From Acidimicrobiia bacterium (GTDB taxonomy: Bacteria > Actinomycetota > Acidimicrobiia > Spongiisociales > UBA11373), in assembly GCA_040878325.1 (NCBI GenBank), contig JBBDMM010000001.1, positions 124,001 to 177,700 on the forward strand: DNA of 53,700 nucleotides. Reading direction: 5' to 3'. The position numbers and the translations under genes are program-made. This document shows, in pieces, positions 1 through 10,160 of this stretch; position 1 is the first letter of the stretch; each line of letters begins with the position of its first letter. Under the pieces are notes generated by a model that saw only the letters and a program-made list of their open reading frames with translations, was not told the DNA's origin and did no database searches.

Positions 1-166
1 GATCGAACCCGGTCGCGATCAATGCCTTTCCCGCACGCTTTACCTGATCGGCGAATTCGGACCACGACGTGGCCCGATACTCGCCATCGATCTTTTCGAA
101 GTAGGCCGGGCTACCCGGCCGTATCTCGGCCTGCCGCAGCAGCCGGGCGGGAATCGTGTCGGCCAC
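1..166 (-). CDS. 5' part of an AMP-dependent long-chain fatty acid-CoA ligase (runs off the window)
   Basis: Manual translation from GTG at 166 after a GGAGG RBS: MADTIPARLLRQAEIRPGSPAYFEKIDGEYRATSWSEFADQVKRAGKALIATGFD, resembling the N-terminus of FadD-type ligases. Not in the ORF track. Confidence 0.75.
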   Translation of the reverse strand, partial: MADTIPARLLRQAEIRPGSPAYFEKIDGEYRATSWSEFADQVKRAGKALIATGFD

Positions 167-312
167 GTGACCTCCGTTGGGAAACGAGCAGATCGTACCC
201 GGCCCTCGAACGAGGAATCAGATGCGGGCTCATTTCGCGCTCCACGGCCCCGATCTGACATTCGACGACGCCTCGCAGGATCGTCCCGGCGCGGTTCGAT
301 ATCCTCGGGGCC

Positions 313-585
313 ATGAGCACCCTCGACCGGACATTCACGGCCATCCTCCACAAGGGCACCTCAGAGGGGGCGTGGACCTACGTGATGATGGAAGGCTCGG
401 CGAACTTCTTCGGCACCCGTGGCCTGGTCAAGGTGGCCGGCACGATCGATGGCCATCCGTTTCGCTCGTCGTTCATGGCTCGAGGCGATGGCACTCACAT
501 GCTCCCGGTGAAGGCAGACATCCGCGCCGCGATCCGCAAGCAGGCGGGCGACACCGTCACCGTTCACCTCGCCCCCAACGGCTGA
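313..585 (+). CDS. DUF1905 domain protein
   Basis: 90 aa with [22 protein letters not shown] and [10 protein letters not shown] motifs typical of DUF1905. Confidence 0.8.
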   Translation: MSTLDRTFTAILHKGTSEGAWTYVMMEGSANFFGTRGLVKVAGTIDGHPFRSSFMARGDGTHMLPVKADIRAAIRKQAGDTVTVHLAPNG

Positions 586-586
586 G

Positions 587-1711
587 TTAGAAGTCGCAGT
601 CGATCAGCGCGGTCAGGCCGAGCAACTCGGTGAGCGCCGCCCTCGTCCCCCGACCGATGATTCCGTCGACTCCCAGGCCCCTCGCCTCCTGGAATGCCCG
701 CACCGAGTTGTAGGTCTTCGCACCGAAGTGTCCATCGGGCGGGCCAGGATCGTGTCCGACGACTGCCAGCAAGCCCTGGAGCTGGGCGACGTCCGCACCA
801 GAGGCGCCGTACCCGATTGAGCGGCTATCGGGGTTGAGGACCGATGCCTTGTCGGCGAGGTCGGACAGTTGGATGATCGCCGACCTGGTGGGCTTCTTGA
901 CCTTGCCGTTGACCTTCAGGTCGTACGCCTCCTGGAACGCCTTCACCGCCCGCTTGGTGAGGCTGCCGAAGATTCCGTCGATCGGTCCGGGCTGGAATTC
1001 GAATGTGTTGAGGAACACCTGGAGGGCGCGCACCTGCTCACCAGCGCTCCCCTTCATCAGCCGACCTCTGCCTTCTACCAACGCCGACACATCGCTCAGC
1101 TCCCTGACGGAACAGACCGAGAGGCCCTGTGACTTGCGCAACGCATCGAATGGGTTGACGAGGACGCCGTCGGGGTCATAGAGCTCGAAGTGGAGGTGGG
1201 GTGCGGTGTTCTCGGCGTTGCCGGAGTCGCCGACCCAGCCGATCACGTCGCCGGCGTTGACCCTCGTTCCAGGGACGATGCCGGGGGCGATTCCCCACGC
1301 CTGGCCGTCGTCGGTGCCCGGAGTGTCGTTGTTGAGGTGGATGTACCAACTCTGCCAACCGTCGTCGTGGCGAATCACCAGGTTGCAGCAACGGTGCGGG
1401 TTGAGGTTTGCGGGGTCGGTCGACCAGTTGACATAGGTCACAGTGCCGGTGGCAGCGGCGACGACCGGCACCATCTTCTCGGCCATGATGTCCTGGGCGT
1501 GATGGAGTCCGTTCCCCCGATATGCCCAGAACCAGTCGTAGTACCAGTGGTCTCCCTGCACCGGAAACACCAGTGGATAGTCGACCATCTGACCGTACGA
1601 ATGAACCGTCCCGCCGAAGGGGGTCTGGTGGTTGGCCGAGGCGACAGGCGCCATCCCGATTCCCGACACCGCCAGTGCTCCAACGATCATCAGCCGCAAA
1701 AATCCTCGCAT
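587..1711 (-). CDS. Secreted M23 peptidase with two C-terminal peptidoglycan-binding domains
   Basis: Signal peptide; HHAQD (HxxxD), YIH and HLHFE zinc motifs; two DGxFGxxTxxAVxxFQ repeats. Confidence 0.9.
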   Translation of the reverse strand: MRGFLRLMIVGALAVSGIGMAPVASANHQTPFGGTVHSYGQMVDYPLVFPVQGDHWYYDWFWAYRGNGLHHAQDIMAEKMVPVVAAATGTVTYVNWSTDPANLNPHRCCNLVIRHDDGWQSWYIHLNNDTPGTDDGQAWGIAPGIVPGTRVNAGDVIGWVGDSGNAENTAPHLHFELYDPDGVLVNPFDALRKSQGLSVCSVRELSDVSALVEGRGRLMKGSAGEQVRALQVFLNTFEFQPGPIDGIFGSLTKRAVKAFQEAYDLKVNGKVKKPTRSAIIQLSDLADKASVLNPDSRSIGYGASGADVAQLQGLLAVVGHDPGPPDGHFGAKTYNSVRAFQEARGLGVDGIIGRGTRAALTELLGLTALIDCDF

Positions 1712-1802
1712 GATCCTTCTCCGCTAGCTCCGCCGGCCACCCGGCGTCACAGATCGAATCGGCGGGAAAGTCGCGAAACCTAAGACAAGTCGCGCGGGAG
1801 GA

Positions 1803-2807
1803 TCAAAAAACTCGGCCGGAGGGCGAGTGGCCTCGCAGGGCCCCCAAGGAATCCCGCAGCAAACGGGGCCCGGAATAAACCAAGCCCGTGTACATCTGAA
1901 CGAGCACCGCCCCCGCCTCGAGGCGGTCCCGCACGTCATCCGGGCTCATCACGCCGCCCGACGCGACGATCGGCAACGAGGTCGCCGCCACGGCGCGCCG
2001 AAGCCGGTCGAGCGCGATCGGCGCCAGCGGGCTGCCGCTCAGCCCACCATCCGGACTGTCGACGATGCCCGGCCGGGCGGTGGTGGTATTGCCCACGACG
2101 AAGCCGTCGACGCCGGTGGACTCGGCGGCGCCGATCGCCGTCTCGAACTCCTCCGAGTCCGGCGACAGCTTCACCAGCAGCGGTAGCCGCCGCCCGAGAC
2201 GTCGCGCCCATTCATCGCGGCGCCCGACGATCGGGCCGAGCAACTCCGCTAGATCACTTTCCAGGTCACGGAGACCAGGGGTGTTCGGTGACGAGACATT
2301 GACCGCCAGGTAGTCGGCGAGCGGACTGAACCGATCGACGAGGGTCAGGTAGTCGGCGATCCGCTGGTCGGGCGGGGTGTCGGCGTTCGGCCCGATCGAC
2401 ACTCCCACCACCACCCCACCGGGCCGGCTCCGGCCGGCAAGGCGCGCCGCAACCCGATCGGCCCCGACACTGGGGAACCCCATGCGATTGATGAGCGCGG
2501 TCTGTTCCGGCAGCCGATGGACCCTCGGCCGGGGGTTTCCCGGCTGCGGCCGAGGCGTCACGGTCCCGACCTCGACGTGTCCGAATCCGAGTGCCGCCAG
2601 GGCCCTCCAGGCCGATCCGTCTTTGTCGTATCCGGCAGCGAGGCCGAGAGGGTTGCGGAAGCGCAGGCCGAACGCCTCCACCGGTTCGACCACGAACCGG
2701 CTGCGGCGCCGCGGCGCCCAGCGGGCCAGACGAACTCCGCGAAGAGCCAGACGATGTGCCCGCTCGGGATCCAGCCGGAAGCCGAGAGCGCGTAGTGCCC
2801 GGTACAT
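1803..2807 (-). CDS. pyrD: Quinone-dependent dihydroorotate dehydrogenase (class 2)
   Basis: GLAAGYDK, GTVTPRPQPGNPRPR, NRMGF, NVSSPNTPGLR, KLSPD, GGLSG; ATG overlaps the upstream stop (TGATG). Confidence 0.95.
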   Translation of the reverse strand: MYRALRALGFRLDPERAHRLALRGVRLARWAPRRRSRFVVEPVEAFGLRFRNPLGLAAGYDKDGSAWRALAALGFGHVEVGTVTPRPQPGNPRPRVHRLPEQTALINRMGFPSVGADRVAARLAGRSRPGGVVVGVSIGPNADTPPDQRIADYLTLVDRFSPLADYLAVNVSSPNTPGLRDLESDLAELLGPIVGRRDEWARRLGRRLPLLVKLSPDSEEFETAIGAAESTGVDGFVVGNTTTARPGIVDSPDGGLSGSPLAPIALDRLRRAVAATSLPIVASGGVMSPDDVRDRLEAGAVLVQMYTGLVYSGPRLLRDSLGALRGHSPSGRVF

Positions 2808-4177
2808 CACCGTCCCGCGAGAAACGAAGCGACTGCCCGCCGCTCGTCTTCGCCGATCGCCCCGGCTTCTCCTAGTTCGTCGACGAGGGTCTCCAGGTTG
2901 GTGATGGCGTGCATCTTGATCCCTTCGCCGGCAAGGGCCGCCCTCGCTCCGCTGTCCCGCTCGATCAGCACCACCAGGTCCTCGACGACCAGTCCGGCGT
3001 CACGCAGCAGACCCGCCGCTTCGATCGCGCTAATTCCGCTGGTGACCACATCGTCGACAAGCACCACCCGATCCCCCGCTCGCCATTCGCCCTCCACCCG
3101 GGCACCGGTGCCGTGCTCTTTGGACTCCCGGCGCGGCCATACCAGCGACTTCGATCGCTCGAGGGCAACCGCCGTCGCCAGGGGCAGTGCCCCGTAGGGA
3201 ACTGCGCCGACGTGGTCATACGTGAGCGTCTCGAGAACCGAGCCGTACGAGGCGGCGACCCGACGAAGGAGACCGGGCCGGCCGGACACTCGCCGGAGAT
3301 CCACATAGATGGGAGAGACCACCCCCGACCGGAGAGTGAACTCGCCGAAGCGCACGCATCCAGAGGCGTGGAGATCGTAGGCGAGGCCGCGAGGCCGGGG
3401 GACAGCCTCACGGGGTCGGACCCCGCGAAATGCATCCCGCAGATCCGTGGCCATGACGCCCGGATCCGGCGAGTCTCCGACGAGGCGCGAGGAAGGGATC
3501 AGCACCCCGCGGCCGTCGGACCGCAATGCCACCCCGATTGCCTCAGGATCGGCTCCCTGCGGGCCGACTCCCGGTACGAGGATCCAGTGCTCGGGCATCA
3601 TCGCCCGCACTTTGGCCATGGCGCCCGGAAAGGTTGCTCCCACTACGACTCCCAGCCGATCGGATTCCGCCCACCCCGCGGCGAGCCGAGCCACACGCTC
3701 GTAGATCAACTCGCCGGTGTCGAGAGTGGCGTCCTGGAGATCGGCACTGCTCGGGTTCGACGTGCGGCACAGCAACCAGACCCCCCGGCCGGGGTGGGCC
3801 AGAAAAGGGTCCACGGCGTCGCGGCCCAGGTAGGGGCTCAGTGTCACGGATCCGGCCCCAACGACGCCAAAGCACGCCTCGGCGTAGGCGGCCGCAGTCG
3901 ATGCGATGTCCCCGCGTTTCGCGTCGAGGATCGTCGGAATCTCGTCGGGGACCGATGCCACCACTTCGATCAATGCCTCGATGCCGGCGGCCCCATGGGC
4001 TTCGAAGAACGCCGAGTTGAACTTGAACGCCGCGGCGGCATGGGCGGTGACGGCGATCAGGTCGAGCGACACCCGACGCGCCTCGACGGCATCCTTGGCC
4101 CGCGGGTCGATCCCGACGCACAGCAAGGAGTCGACCGCACGCGACCGCTCGTCAAGGGCCTCGAAGAACGCCTTCAC
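2807..4177 (-). CDS. pyrF-pyrE: Fused OMP decarboxylase / orotate phosphoribosyltransferase (PyrF-PyrE)
   Basis: N-terminal [24 protein letters not shown]-terminal [17 protein letters not shown] and [15 protein letters not shown] motif; one 456-aa ORF. Confidence 0.93.
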   Translation of the reverse strand: MKAFFEALDERSRAVDSLLCVGIDPRAKDAVEARRVSLDLIAVTAHAAAAFKFNSAFFEAHGAAGIEALIEVVASVPDEIPTILDAKRGDIASTAAAYAEACFGVVGAGSVTLSPYLGRDAVDPFLAHPGRGVWLLCRTSNPSSADLQDATLDTGELIYERVARLAAGWAESDRLGVVVGATFPGAMAKVRAMMPEHWILVPGVGPQGADPEAIGVALRSDGRGVLIPSSRLVGDSPDPGVMATDLRDAFRGVRPREAVPRPRGLAYDLHASGCVRFGEFTLRSGVVSPIYVDLRRVSGRPGLLRRVAASYGSVLETLTYDHVGAVPYGALPLATAVALERSKSLVWPRRESKEHGTGARVEGEWRAGDRVVLVDDVVTSGISAIEAAGLLRDAGLVVEDLVVLIERDSGARAALAGEGIKMHAITNLETLVDELGEAGAIGEDERRAVASFLAGR

Positions 4178-5148
4178 GCCTTGCCCAGCACCATCGCCAG
4201 CAGCGCCATCCGCACATACATGCCGTACTCCATCTGTCGGAAATAGGCCGCCCGGGGATCGGCGTCGACCTCCATCGCGATCTCGTTCACCCTGGGGAGG
4301 GGATGCATCACGATCATCCGCTCCTTTGCGGCTTCCAGTGTGGCGGGTGTCACGACGAACCCGTCCTTCACTGCGTCATAGGCGGCGGGTTCTTCGAAGC
4401 GCTCCTTCTGTACCCGGGTGACGTAAAGCACGTCGGTCGCCGGCAACACCGAGTCCAGCGAGCCGTGCACCGCGAACGGGGTCTTCGCCTCTTCCAACTC
4501 CTCGAGTATCTCCGCCGGCATCTGGAGGATCTCCGGCGAGACCAGGTTGAGGGTCACCTCGAACTTGGAGAGCAGGCGGGACAGCGAGTGCACCGTGCGT
4601 CCGTACTTGAGGTCGCCGACCATGGTCACCGTGAGCCCGTCGACCTCCCCAAGCTCTTCCCGGATCGTGAAGAGGTCGAGGAGGGCCTGGGTGGGGTGCT
4701 CCCCCACACCATCACCGGCGTTGATGATCGGCTTGGTGGCGTACTCGGCGGCGAGGGCGGAGGCCCCGACATCGGGATGACGGAGCACGATCACATCGGC
4801 GTACCGCTCCAGAGTGCGGACGGTGTCGGGCAGCGACTCGCCCTTCGACACCGACGAGTAGGTCACCTCATTGATCGAGATCACGCTCCCACCGAGCCGC
4901 TCCATCGCTGCCGCGAAAGAGGACGAAGTCCTGGTCGACGGCTCGTAGAACAGGTTGGCGAGAAGCTTGCCCTTCAGCAGGTCGAAAGTGCCGACGCGGG
5001 CGACCATCGCCTGCATCTCGTGCGCCACCTCGAAGATGTAGTCGAGGTCGTCCTTGTCGAACTGCCGTACCGACACGATGTCACGCCCGTAGAACGGTGC
5101 GTCCTGCCTGTCCCCAAAGGGAAGGTGGCTGCGCGCTTCTCGATCCAT
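4174..5148 (-). CDS. pyrB: Aspartate carbamoyltransferase catalytic subunit (CAD-like)
   Basis: [33 protein letters not shown]. Confidence 0.97.
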   Translation of the reverse strand: MDREARSHLPFGDRQDAPFYGRDIVSVRQFDKDDLDYIFEVAHEMQAMVARVGTFDLLKGKLLANLFYEPSTRTSSSFAAAMERLGGSVISINEVTYSSVSKGESLPDTVRTLERYADVIVLRHPDVGASALAAEYATKPIINAGDGVGEHPTQALLDLFTIREELGEVDGLTVTMVGDLKYGRTVHSLSRLLSKFEVTLNLVSPEILQMPAEILEELEEAKTPFAVHGSLDSVLPATDVLYVTRVQKERFEEPAAYDAVKDGFVVTPATLEAAKERMIVMHPLPRVNEIAMEVDADPRAAYFRQMEYGMYVRMALLAMVLGKA

Positions 5149-6212
5149 CAGCTCTCCTTTGTGCGTACGTCCTGACCGAACCCCGGATCGGCGAGAACCT
5201 CACCGTCCCGAAACACCTCCACCCCTCGCAGCGTCACCCGTGTCACCTTGCCGCGCATCGGGCGCCCCTCGAAGGGCGTCCACCCTGCCCGGGTGTGCTG
5301 CTGCGACCCGATGACGGTCCAGGCCTCATCGGGGTCGACCTCCACCACGGCCTCCTGCGGCGGAAGCCCGAAGATTCGCCGGGGACTGTCGTGGAGTCGG
5401 GCGGTCACCTGATCCAGGGTCAGCCGGCCATCGTCGACGGCGCCCAAGAAGAGGGGAAGGACCGTCTCGAGCCCGGGGAACCCCGGTGGCGGGGCATCCC
5501 CGGCCTTCTCCGCGCTGGTGTGGGGGGCGTGATCGGTGGCAAAGCAGTCGATGTCATCGAGATGGCGCCACAGCGCCTCGCGGTCGGCGGGCGAAGCCAG
5601 CGGCGGGCGCACCTCGGCGAGGGGGCCGAGATCCGCGGCAATGGCCGTATCGAGGAAGAGGTGGTGAGGGGTCACCTCGCAGGTCACCGCCAACCCGCGA
5701 TCCCGGGCCCGCAGCACCATCACCATCTCCTGCTCGGTGGCGAGATGGCAGACGTGCACCGGGCGCTCGAGCAGGGTGGCGATGAGAAGCAGCGCCCCGA
5801 GGGTCGACCCCTCGGCGTGGACCGCCACCGGGCGATCCGTTGGCCAGGCCTCCAGGTGGCGCGACCAGGATTCCGGATCGAGCAGACGGAGGTCGCCGAA
5901 GGTGGAGTCGAGGTACATCTTCAGCCCGGCGGCGCCGGGGGCGAGCGCCGCCGCGTCGGCAAAGTTCGTCTCGGTGGCCCCGACGAAGAGGCCGTAGTCG
6001 CAGCGCGCCCGGGCCTGAGCCGCCTGCTGCGCCTCGTCGAACGAGGCTCGATCGACCACCGGAGGCTTGGTGTTCGGCATGGCCAGCACCGTGGTGAAAC
6101 CCCCCGCCAGCGCTGCAGCCGTGCCCGACGCCCAGTCCTCCTTGTGGGTCTGACCAGGGTCGCGCATGTGCGTATGGACATCGACGAGGCCGGGGAGCCG
6201 GATGGTGGTCAT
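5148..6212 (-). CDS. pyrC: Dihydroorotase (CAD-like)
   Basis: [41 protein letters not shown]; first gene of the pyr operon. Confidence 0.93.
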   Translation of the reverse strand: MTTIRLPGLVDVHTHMRDPGQTHKEDWASGTAAALAGGFTTVLAMPNTKPPVVDRASFDEAQQAAQARARCDYGLFVGATETNFADAAALAPGAAGLKMYLDSTFGDLRLLDPESWSRHLEAWPTDRPVAVHAEGSTLGALLLIATLLERPVHVCHLATEQEMVMVLRARDRGLAVTCEVTPHHLFLDTAIAADLGPLAEVRPPLASPADREALWRHLDDIDCFATDHAPHTSAEKAGDAPPPGFPGLETVLPLFLGAVDDGRLTLDQVTARLHDSPRRIFGLPPQEAVVEVDPDEAWTVIGSQQHTRAGWTPFEGRPMRGKVTRVTLRGVEVFRDGEVLADPGFGQDVRTKES

Positions 6213-6224
6213 CGCTCCTCCCCC

Positions 6225-6251
6225 AAGAAAAGGACCCCCACATCGGGGGCC
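6225..6251 (-). terminator. Intrinsic terminator/attenuator hairpin in the pyr leader
   Basis: Minus strand GGCCCCC-GATGT-GGGGGTC followed by CTTTTCTT, just upstream of the pyrC RBS. Confidence 0.65.
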
Positions 6252-6338
6252 GGGGAGGTTCGATCGCCAACGGATCGAGAGTCAGCCAAGGTGACCTTTT
6301 CCGTTCGTACTCACTCCACTCCCTGTTCGGGCGACAGG

Positions 6339-6367
6339 ATTCTATGTCATCGCGACTTTCGCGCCAA
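6339..6367 (-). promoter_or_regulatory. sigma70-type promoter of the pyr operon
   Basis: TTGGCG-N17-TAGAAT on the minus strand. Confidence 0.6.
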
Positions 6368-6492
6368 GAGGCGAATACTCAACGCATCCAGCGAACACCC
6401 AAAGTAACGTTGGTTGTTGGGTAGGGTGGATTGGAAGATAGAGGGGACCATTCGCGATCGTGGTCTCGATCGCGACCGAGAGGAGCTTTCTG

Positions 6493-7539
6493 ATGAGACG
6501 ATTCAACACGATTTTCGCTGTCGCCGTCCTCCTACTGACGGTGATGAGCCCAGTGCACGCCGGTAACGACACACTCTGGGTGGACGACGACGGTGGCCAG
6601 TGCAAAAGCGCCGATCACACCACCATTCAAGACGCCATCGATGCGGCGGTCGCAGGAGCCACCATCCGAGTGTGCGCCGGCACCTACGCCGGGGCCACCG
6701 TCGACAAGATGGTGAACCTCGAGGCCGTCGGCCACGTCGTGATCGACACTGGTCCCTACTCGCACCCCGGTTTTCTGGTTGCTGGATTTCTGTTCCCACC
6801 CGACTACAGCGGCAGCGGCAGCTCCATCAGGGGCTTCCACTTCCAAGGCACTCAGCAGACCGGCGGCGATGACGGCGAGCTCGACTTTCCCATCTTCAGC
6901 CGGGGCGCCAATGGAGTCGCGGTCAGTCACAACACGATGAACGACTCTCTCCAGGGCATCACCAACTGGAACGGGAGTGACTGGGTGATCGACCACAACA
7001 CCCTCACCGATCTGTGGACCTTCTGCGGAGGGGGTATCGGCATACTGGCCGGCGGCTTCGACGGCGGAGCACATGGCGACAACGAGATCTCGCACAACGA
7101 GGTCAGTGGGACCCTTCATGTGTCGTCGGGTGACTGTGGTGGCTACGACGGCACCGGCATCGTCCTCTTCGCAGACTTCCGCTCAGGTCGGGCAGGCGCC
7201 ACTTCCCTGAGTGGGAACACGATCCACCACAACACGGTGGAGCTGGTCAGCGACACTCCGGGAGTGGTGAACGTCAACGGGTTCGAACTCACCGACACTC
7301 GGGACACGGTTCCCGTGATCACCGGCAACAACCTCTCCCACAACCAGGTGCCCTCGATCGGTGACGACGGCTTCACCGTTAGCGGAGCTCCAGGGAACTT
7401 CTTCGGATTCAACAAGATCGGAGTCAGTGGCGGATTCGACATCTCCGACGACACCCTCGGCGCTGGCACCGGCGGCACGGCCAACACCTGGGACAAGAAC
7501 CGGTGCGACACCAGCTCGCCGGGAGGGCTCTGCAAGTAG
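6493..7539 (+). CDS. Secreted right-handed parallel beta-helix (pectin-lyase-fold) protein
   Basis: AGGAG RBS, signal peptide MRRFNTIFAVAVLLL..AG, TTIQDAIDAA..G.TI.V..GTY cap motif, repeated (I/V)xHN turns. Confidence 0.8.
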   Translation: MRRFNTIFAVAVLLLTVMSPVHAGNDTLWVDDDGGQCKSADHTTIQDAIDAAVAGATIRVCAGTYAGATVDKMVNLEAVGHVVIDTGPYSHPGFLVAGFLFPPDYSGSGSSIRGFHFQGTQQTGGDDGELDFPIFSRGANGVAVSHNTMNDSLQGITNWNGSDWVIDHNTLTDLWTFCGGGIGILAGGFDGGAHGDNEISHNEVSGTLHVSSGDCGGYDGTGIVLFADFRSGRAGATSLSGNTIHHNTVELVSDTPGVVNVNGFELTDTRDTVPVITGNNLSHNQVPSIGDDGFTVSGAPGNFFGFNKIGVSGGFDISDDTLGAGTGGTANTWDKNRCDTSSPGGLCK

Positions 7540-7656
7540 ACGTCGACCCTCGACACAGCTGCCGTCTGAGCAGTAGAGGGGATCCGCGCCTGTGAGCTGA
7601 ACATGCGTTTCCGACGGAATCGGGCCGCCTGAACCGACGAGCTGACCAATGCGATA

Positions 7657-7684
7657 GAAGGGGCCGCCATTAGGCGGCCCCTTC
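7657..7684. terminator. 12-bp perfect hairpin, probable terminator
   Basis: GAAGGGGCCGCC-ATTA-GGCGGCCCCTTC between the beta-helix gene and the dehydratase gene. Confidence 0.5.
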
Positions 7685-7712
7685 CTCGTGATCCCCCGGG
7701 TACCCTCACCCA

Positions 7713-9176
7713 ATGGCGTGGCAACCCGGTGACCCCATCCGCGACGGCACCGAGTACCTGGAGAGCCTGCGCGGCCGTGACCTCGCCGTCTACCTCTTCG
7801 GCAAACTGATCGCCGAGCCGGTGGACCACCCGATCATCCGGCCCTCCATCAATGCCATCGCCGCCACCTACGACCTGGCGGTCGACGACCCCGAACTCGC
7901 CGCGGCGAAATCCGAACTCACCGGCGGCACCGTCAACCGGTTCCTCCACATCACCGGCAGCGCCGATGACGTGGTGGCGCAGAACAGGATGCAGCGGCAG
8001 CTGGGCCGAATGACCGGCACCTGCTTCCAGCGGTGCGTCGGCATGGACGCGGTCAATTCGCTCTTCTCGCTGACGTTCGACCTCGACGCCGCCCATCAGA
8101 CCGGGTACCACCAGCGCTTCACCGCGTGGCTCACCGAGATGCAGCGGCTCAATGTGGTCATTGGAGGTGCGATGACCGACGTCAAGGGCGATCGCAGCAA
8201 GGGCCCCGGCGGCCAGGTGGACCCCGACCTCTATGTCCGAGTAGTGGAACGGCGCGGCGACGGCCTGGTGATCCGGGGGGCGAAGGCCCATCAGACCGGA
8301 GCGATCAACTCACACTGGATGCTGGTGATGCCCACCGCCCGGCTCGCCCCCGAGGACCGCGACTACGCCGTGGTGGCTGCGCTCCCGGTGGAGGCACCCG
8401 GGATCACCTATGTGTACGGGCGCCAGTCGAGCGACACCCGGAGCATGGAGGGCGACATCGACGTCGGCAACGCCCAGTTCGCCGGCCAGGAGTGCCTGGT
8501 GGTGTTCGACGACGTGTTCGTGCCGACGGAGCACGTGTTCATGGACGGCGAGACGGAGTCCGCCGCGGAACTGGTGGACCGGTTCACTTCGTACCACCGC
8601 CGGTCATACGTCTGTAAGTCCGGGGTGGGAGATGTGCTCATCGGAGCGGCGGCGCTGATCGCCGACTACAACGGCGTGCCCAAGGCTTCGCACATTCGCG
8701 ACAAGCTGGTCGAGATGTCCCACCTCAACGAAACGATCTACGGGCTGGGGATGGCGGCATCACACGAGTCGACCGAGCGACCCGCCGGCAACTGGGAGCC
8801 TGAGCCGCTACTCGCCAACTCGTGCAAGCTCAACGTCACCCGCTATCCCTACGAGATCGGCCGCCTCGCCCAGGATCTCGCCGGCGGCGCGGTGGTAACC
8901 CTTCCCTCGGAGCAGGATTTCGACCACCCCGACGTCGGCCCGCTGCTCGAGAAGTACTTCCAGGGCAGGCCGGGCGTTCCCACCGCCGACCGGGTGCGGA
9001 TCCTCCGGCTCATCGAGAACATGACGATGGGCCGCAACGCGGTGGGCTACCTGACCGAGTCCCTGCACGGGGCGGGCTCCCCGCAGGCGCAGCGGATCAT
9101 GATCGAGCGTGGCTCGGACATCGAGGGCAAGAAGCGGCTCGCCGAGAAACTGGCAGGAATCGACGTCGGCGGGTAG
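7713..9176 (+). CDS. 4-hydroxybutyryl-CoA dehydratase-like flavoprotein (AbfD/HpaB family)
   Basis: TGTCFQRCVGMDA (CX3C), AMTDVKGDRS, GAKAHQTG, YHRRSYVCK, ESLHGAGSPQAQRI. Confidence 0.85.
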   Translation: MAWQPGDPIRDGTEYLESLRGRDLAVYLFGKLIAEPVDHPIIRPSINAIAATYDLAVDDPELAAAKSELTGGTVNRFLHITGSADDVVAQNRMQRQLGRMTGTCFQRCVGMDAVNSLFSLTFDLDAAHQTGYHQRFTAWLTEMQRLNVVIGGAMTDVKGDRSKGPGGQVDPDLYVRVVERRGDGLVIRGAKAHQTGAINSHWMLVMPTARLAPEDRDYAVVAALPVEAPGITYVYGRQSSDTRSMEGDIDVGNAQFAGQECLVVFDDVFVPTEHVFMDGETESAAELVDRFTSYHRRSYVCKSGVGDVLIGAAALIADYNGVPKASHIRDKLVEMSHLNETIYGLGMAASHESTERPAGNWEPEPLLANSCKLNVTRYPYEIGRLAQDLAGGAVVTLPSEQDFDHPDVGPLLEKYFQGRPGVPTADRVRILRLIENMTMGRNAVGYLTESLHGAGSPQAQRIMIERGSDIEGKKRLAEKLAGIDVGG

Positions 9177-9178
9177 CG

Positions 9179-10048
9179 GTGAGATCAGGGCTCCCGTTCG
9201 ATCTGATCCGGCCCTTCTCCGAGTCGCGGACTCGCAGGGAGATACTCCAGGTCCGTGCCGTATCGGCCTGGGGAGGCTTCCGCCGCCAGTCATCTTTCGG
9301 CTCCGTCCGGACATTCTGCTTGTTCGTCGGCTACCCGCGCAGCGGCCACACCCTCGTCGGGTCGTTGGTGGATGCCCATCCCAACGCGGTGATCGCCCAT
9401 GAACTCGATGTCATCGCGTTTCTGGCGGCCGGGTTCGGGCGTCTCCAGTTGTACGACCTGATCCTGCGGAACAACCGCGCCTTCACCGAGATGGGCCATC
9501 GGTGGGCCGGCTACGACTACGCGGTCGACGGTCAATGGCAGGGCCGGCACGACGAGATGCTCGTCCTGGGTGACAAGAAGGGAGGCCGTTCGACGCTGCG
9601 ACGCCAGGAGACCCCTGCGCTGCTCGACCGCCTGCGGGCGACGGTGGGCGTTCCGGTGCGACTGATCCATGTCGTCCGTAACCCCTACGACAACATCGCT
9701 TCGAGTCATGCCAGAAAGGGTGGTCGCGGCAAGGTGACGCCGAGGATCGAGCGCTACTTCCAGCTGTGCGACGGGGTCAGCGAGATCAAGCGCCGAACCG
9801 ACCCGCAAGACATCCTCGACGTTCGACTCGAGCAACTCACCGCGGCTCCGGTGGCCACCCTCCGGGTCGTGATGGATTTCCTCGGCCTCGAACCGACCGA
9901 GGAGTACCTCACCGCGACCGCCGCCAAGGTGTTCACCTCACCGAAGAGGAGTCGGCACAGCATCGACTGGTCGGAGCGCGATCGAACCCGGATCGCACGG
10001 GGGATCGAGACCTACGAACACCTGGCGGGATACACGTTCGACTCCTGA
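9179..10048 (+). CDS. Sulfotransferase family protein
   Basis: PAPS-binding FVGYPRSGHT, AHPN, IHVVRNPYD; GTG start 2 nt after the upstream stop (the ORF-track start at 8822 is an overlapping extension). Confidence 0.8.
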   Translation: MRSGLPFDLIRPFSESRTRREILQVRAVSAWGGFRRQSSFGSVRTFCLFVGYPRSGHTLVGSLVDAHPNAVIAHELDVIAFLAAGFGRLQLYDLILRNNRAFTEMGHRWAGYDYAVDGQWQGRHDEMLVLGDKKGGRSTLRRQETPALLDRLRATVGVPVRLIHVVRNPYDNIASSHARKGGRGKVTPRIERYFQLCDGVSEIKRRTDPQDILDVRLEQLTAAPVATLRVVMDFLGLEPTEEYLTATAAKVFTSPKRSRHSIDWSERDRTRIARGIETYEHLAGYTFDS

Positions 10049-10089
10049 CCGAGAGCCCGCGTCCAGAAGTCCGCCTCGCCAGGTGCCCC

Positions 10090-10158
10090 CGAGTTCGGCA
10101 AAGCCGAACTCGCAAGGAACCCAGCAGAGTCCGGCTTTGCCGAATTCTGCTGGGTTCC
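10090..10158. repeat. Inverted doublet of REP-like hairpins
   Basis: CGAGTTCGGC-AAA-GCCGAACTCG (10090-10112) and a 20-bp stem with TTT loop (10116-10158) whose core is an inverted copy of the first. Confidence 0.7.
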
Positions 10159-10160
10159 CG

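Noticed and set aside
6213..6340. PyrR-binding loop in the pyr leader
   Set aside because: No match to the AGUCCnGnGAGGCU-type consensus, and no pyrR gene in the operon.
7598..7611. Possible SOS box TGAACATGCGTTTC
   Set aside because: Mismatched half-site and flanks, and it is separated from the next gene by a terminator-like hairpin.
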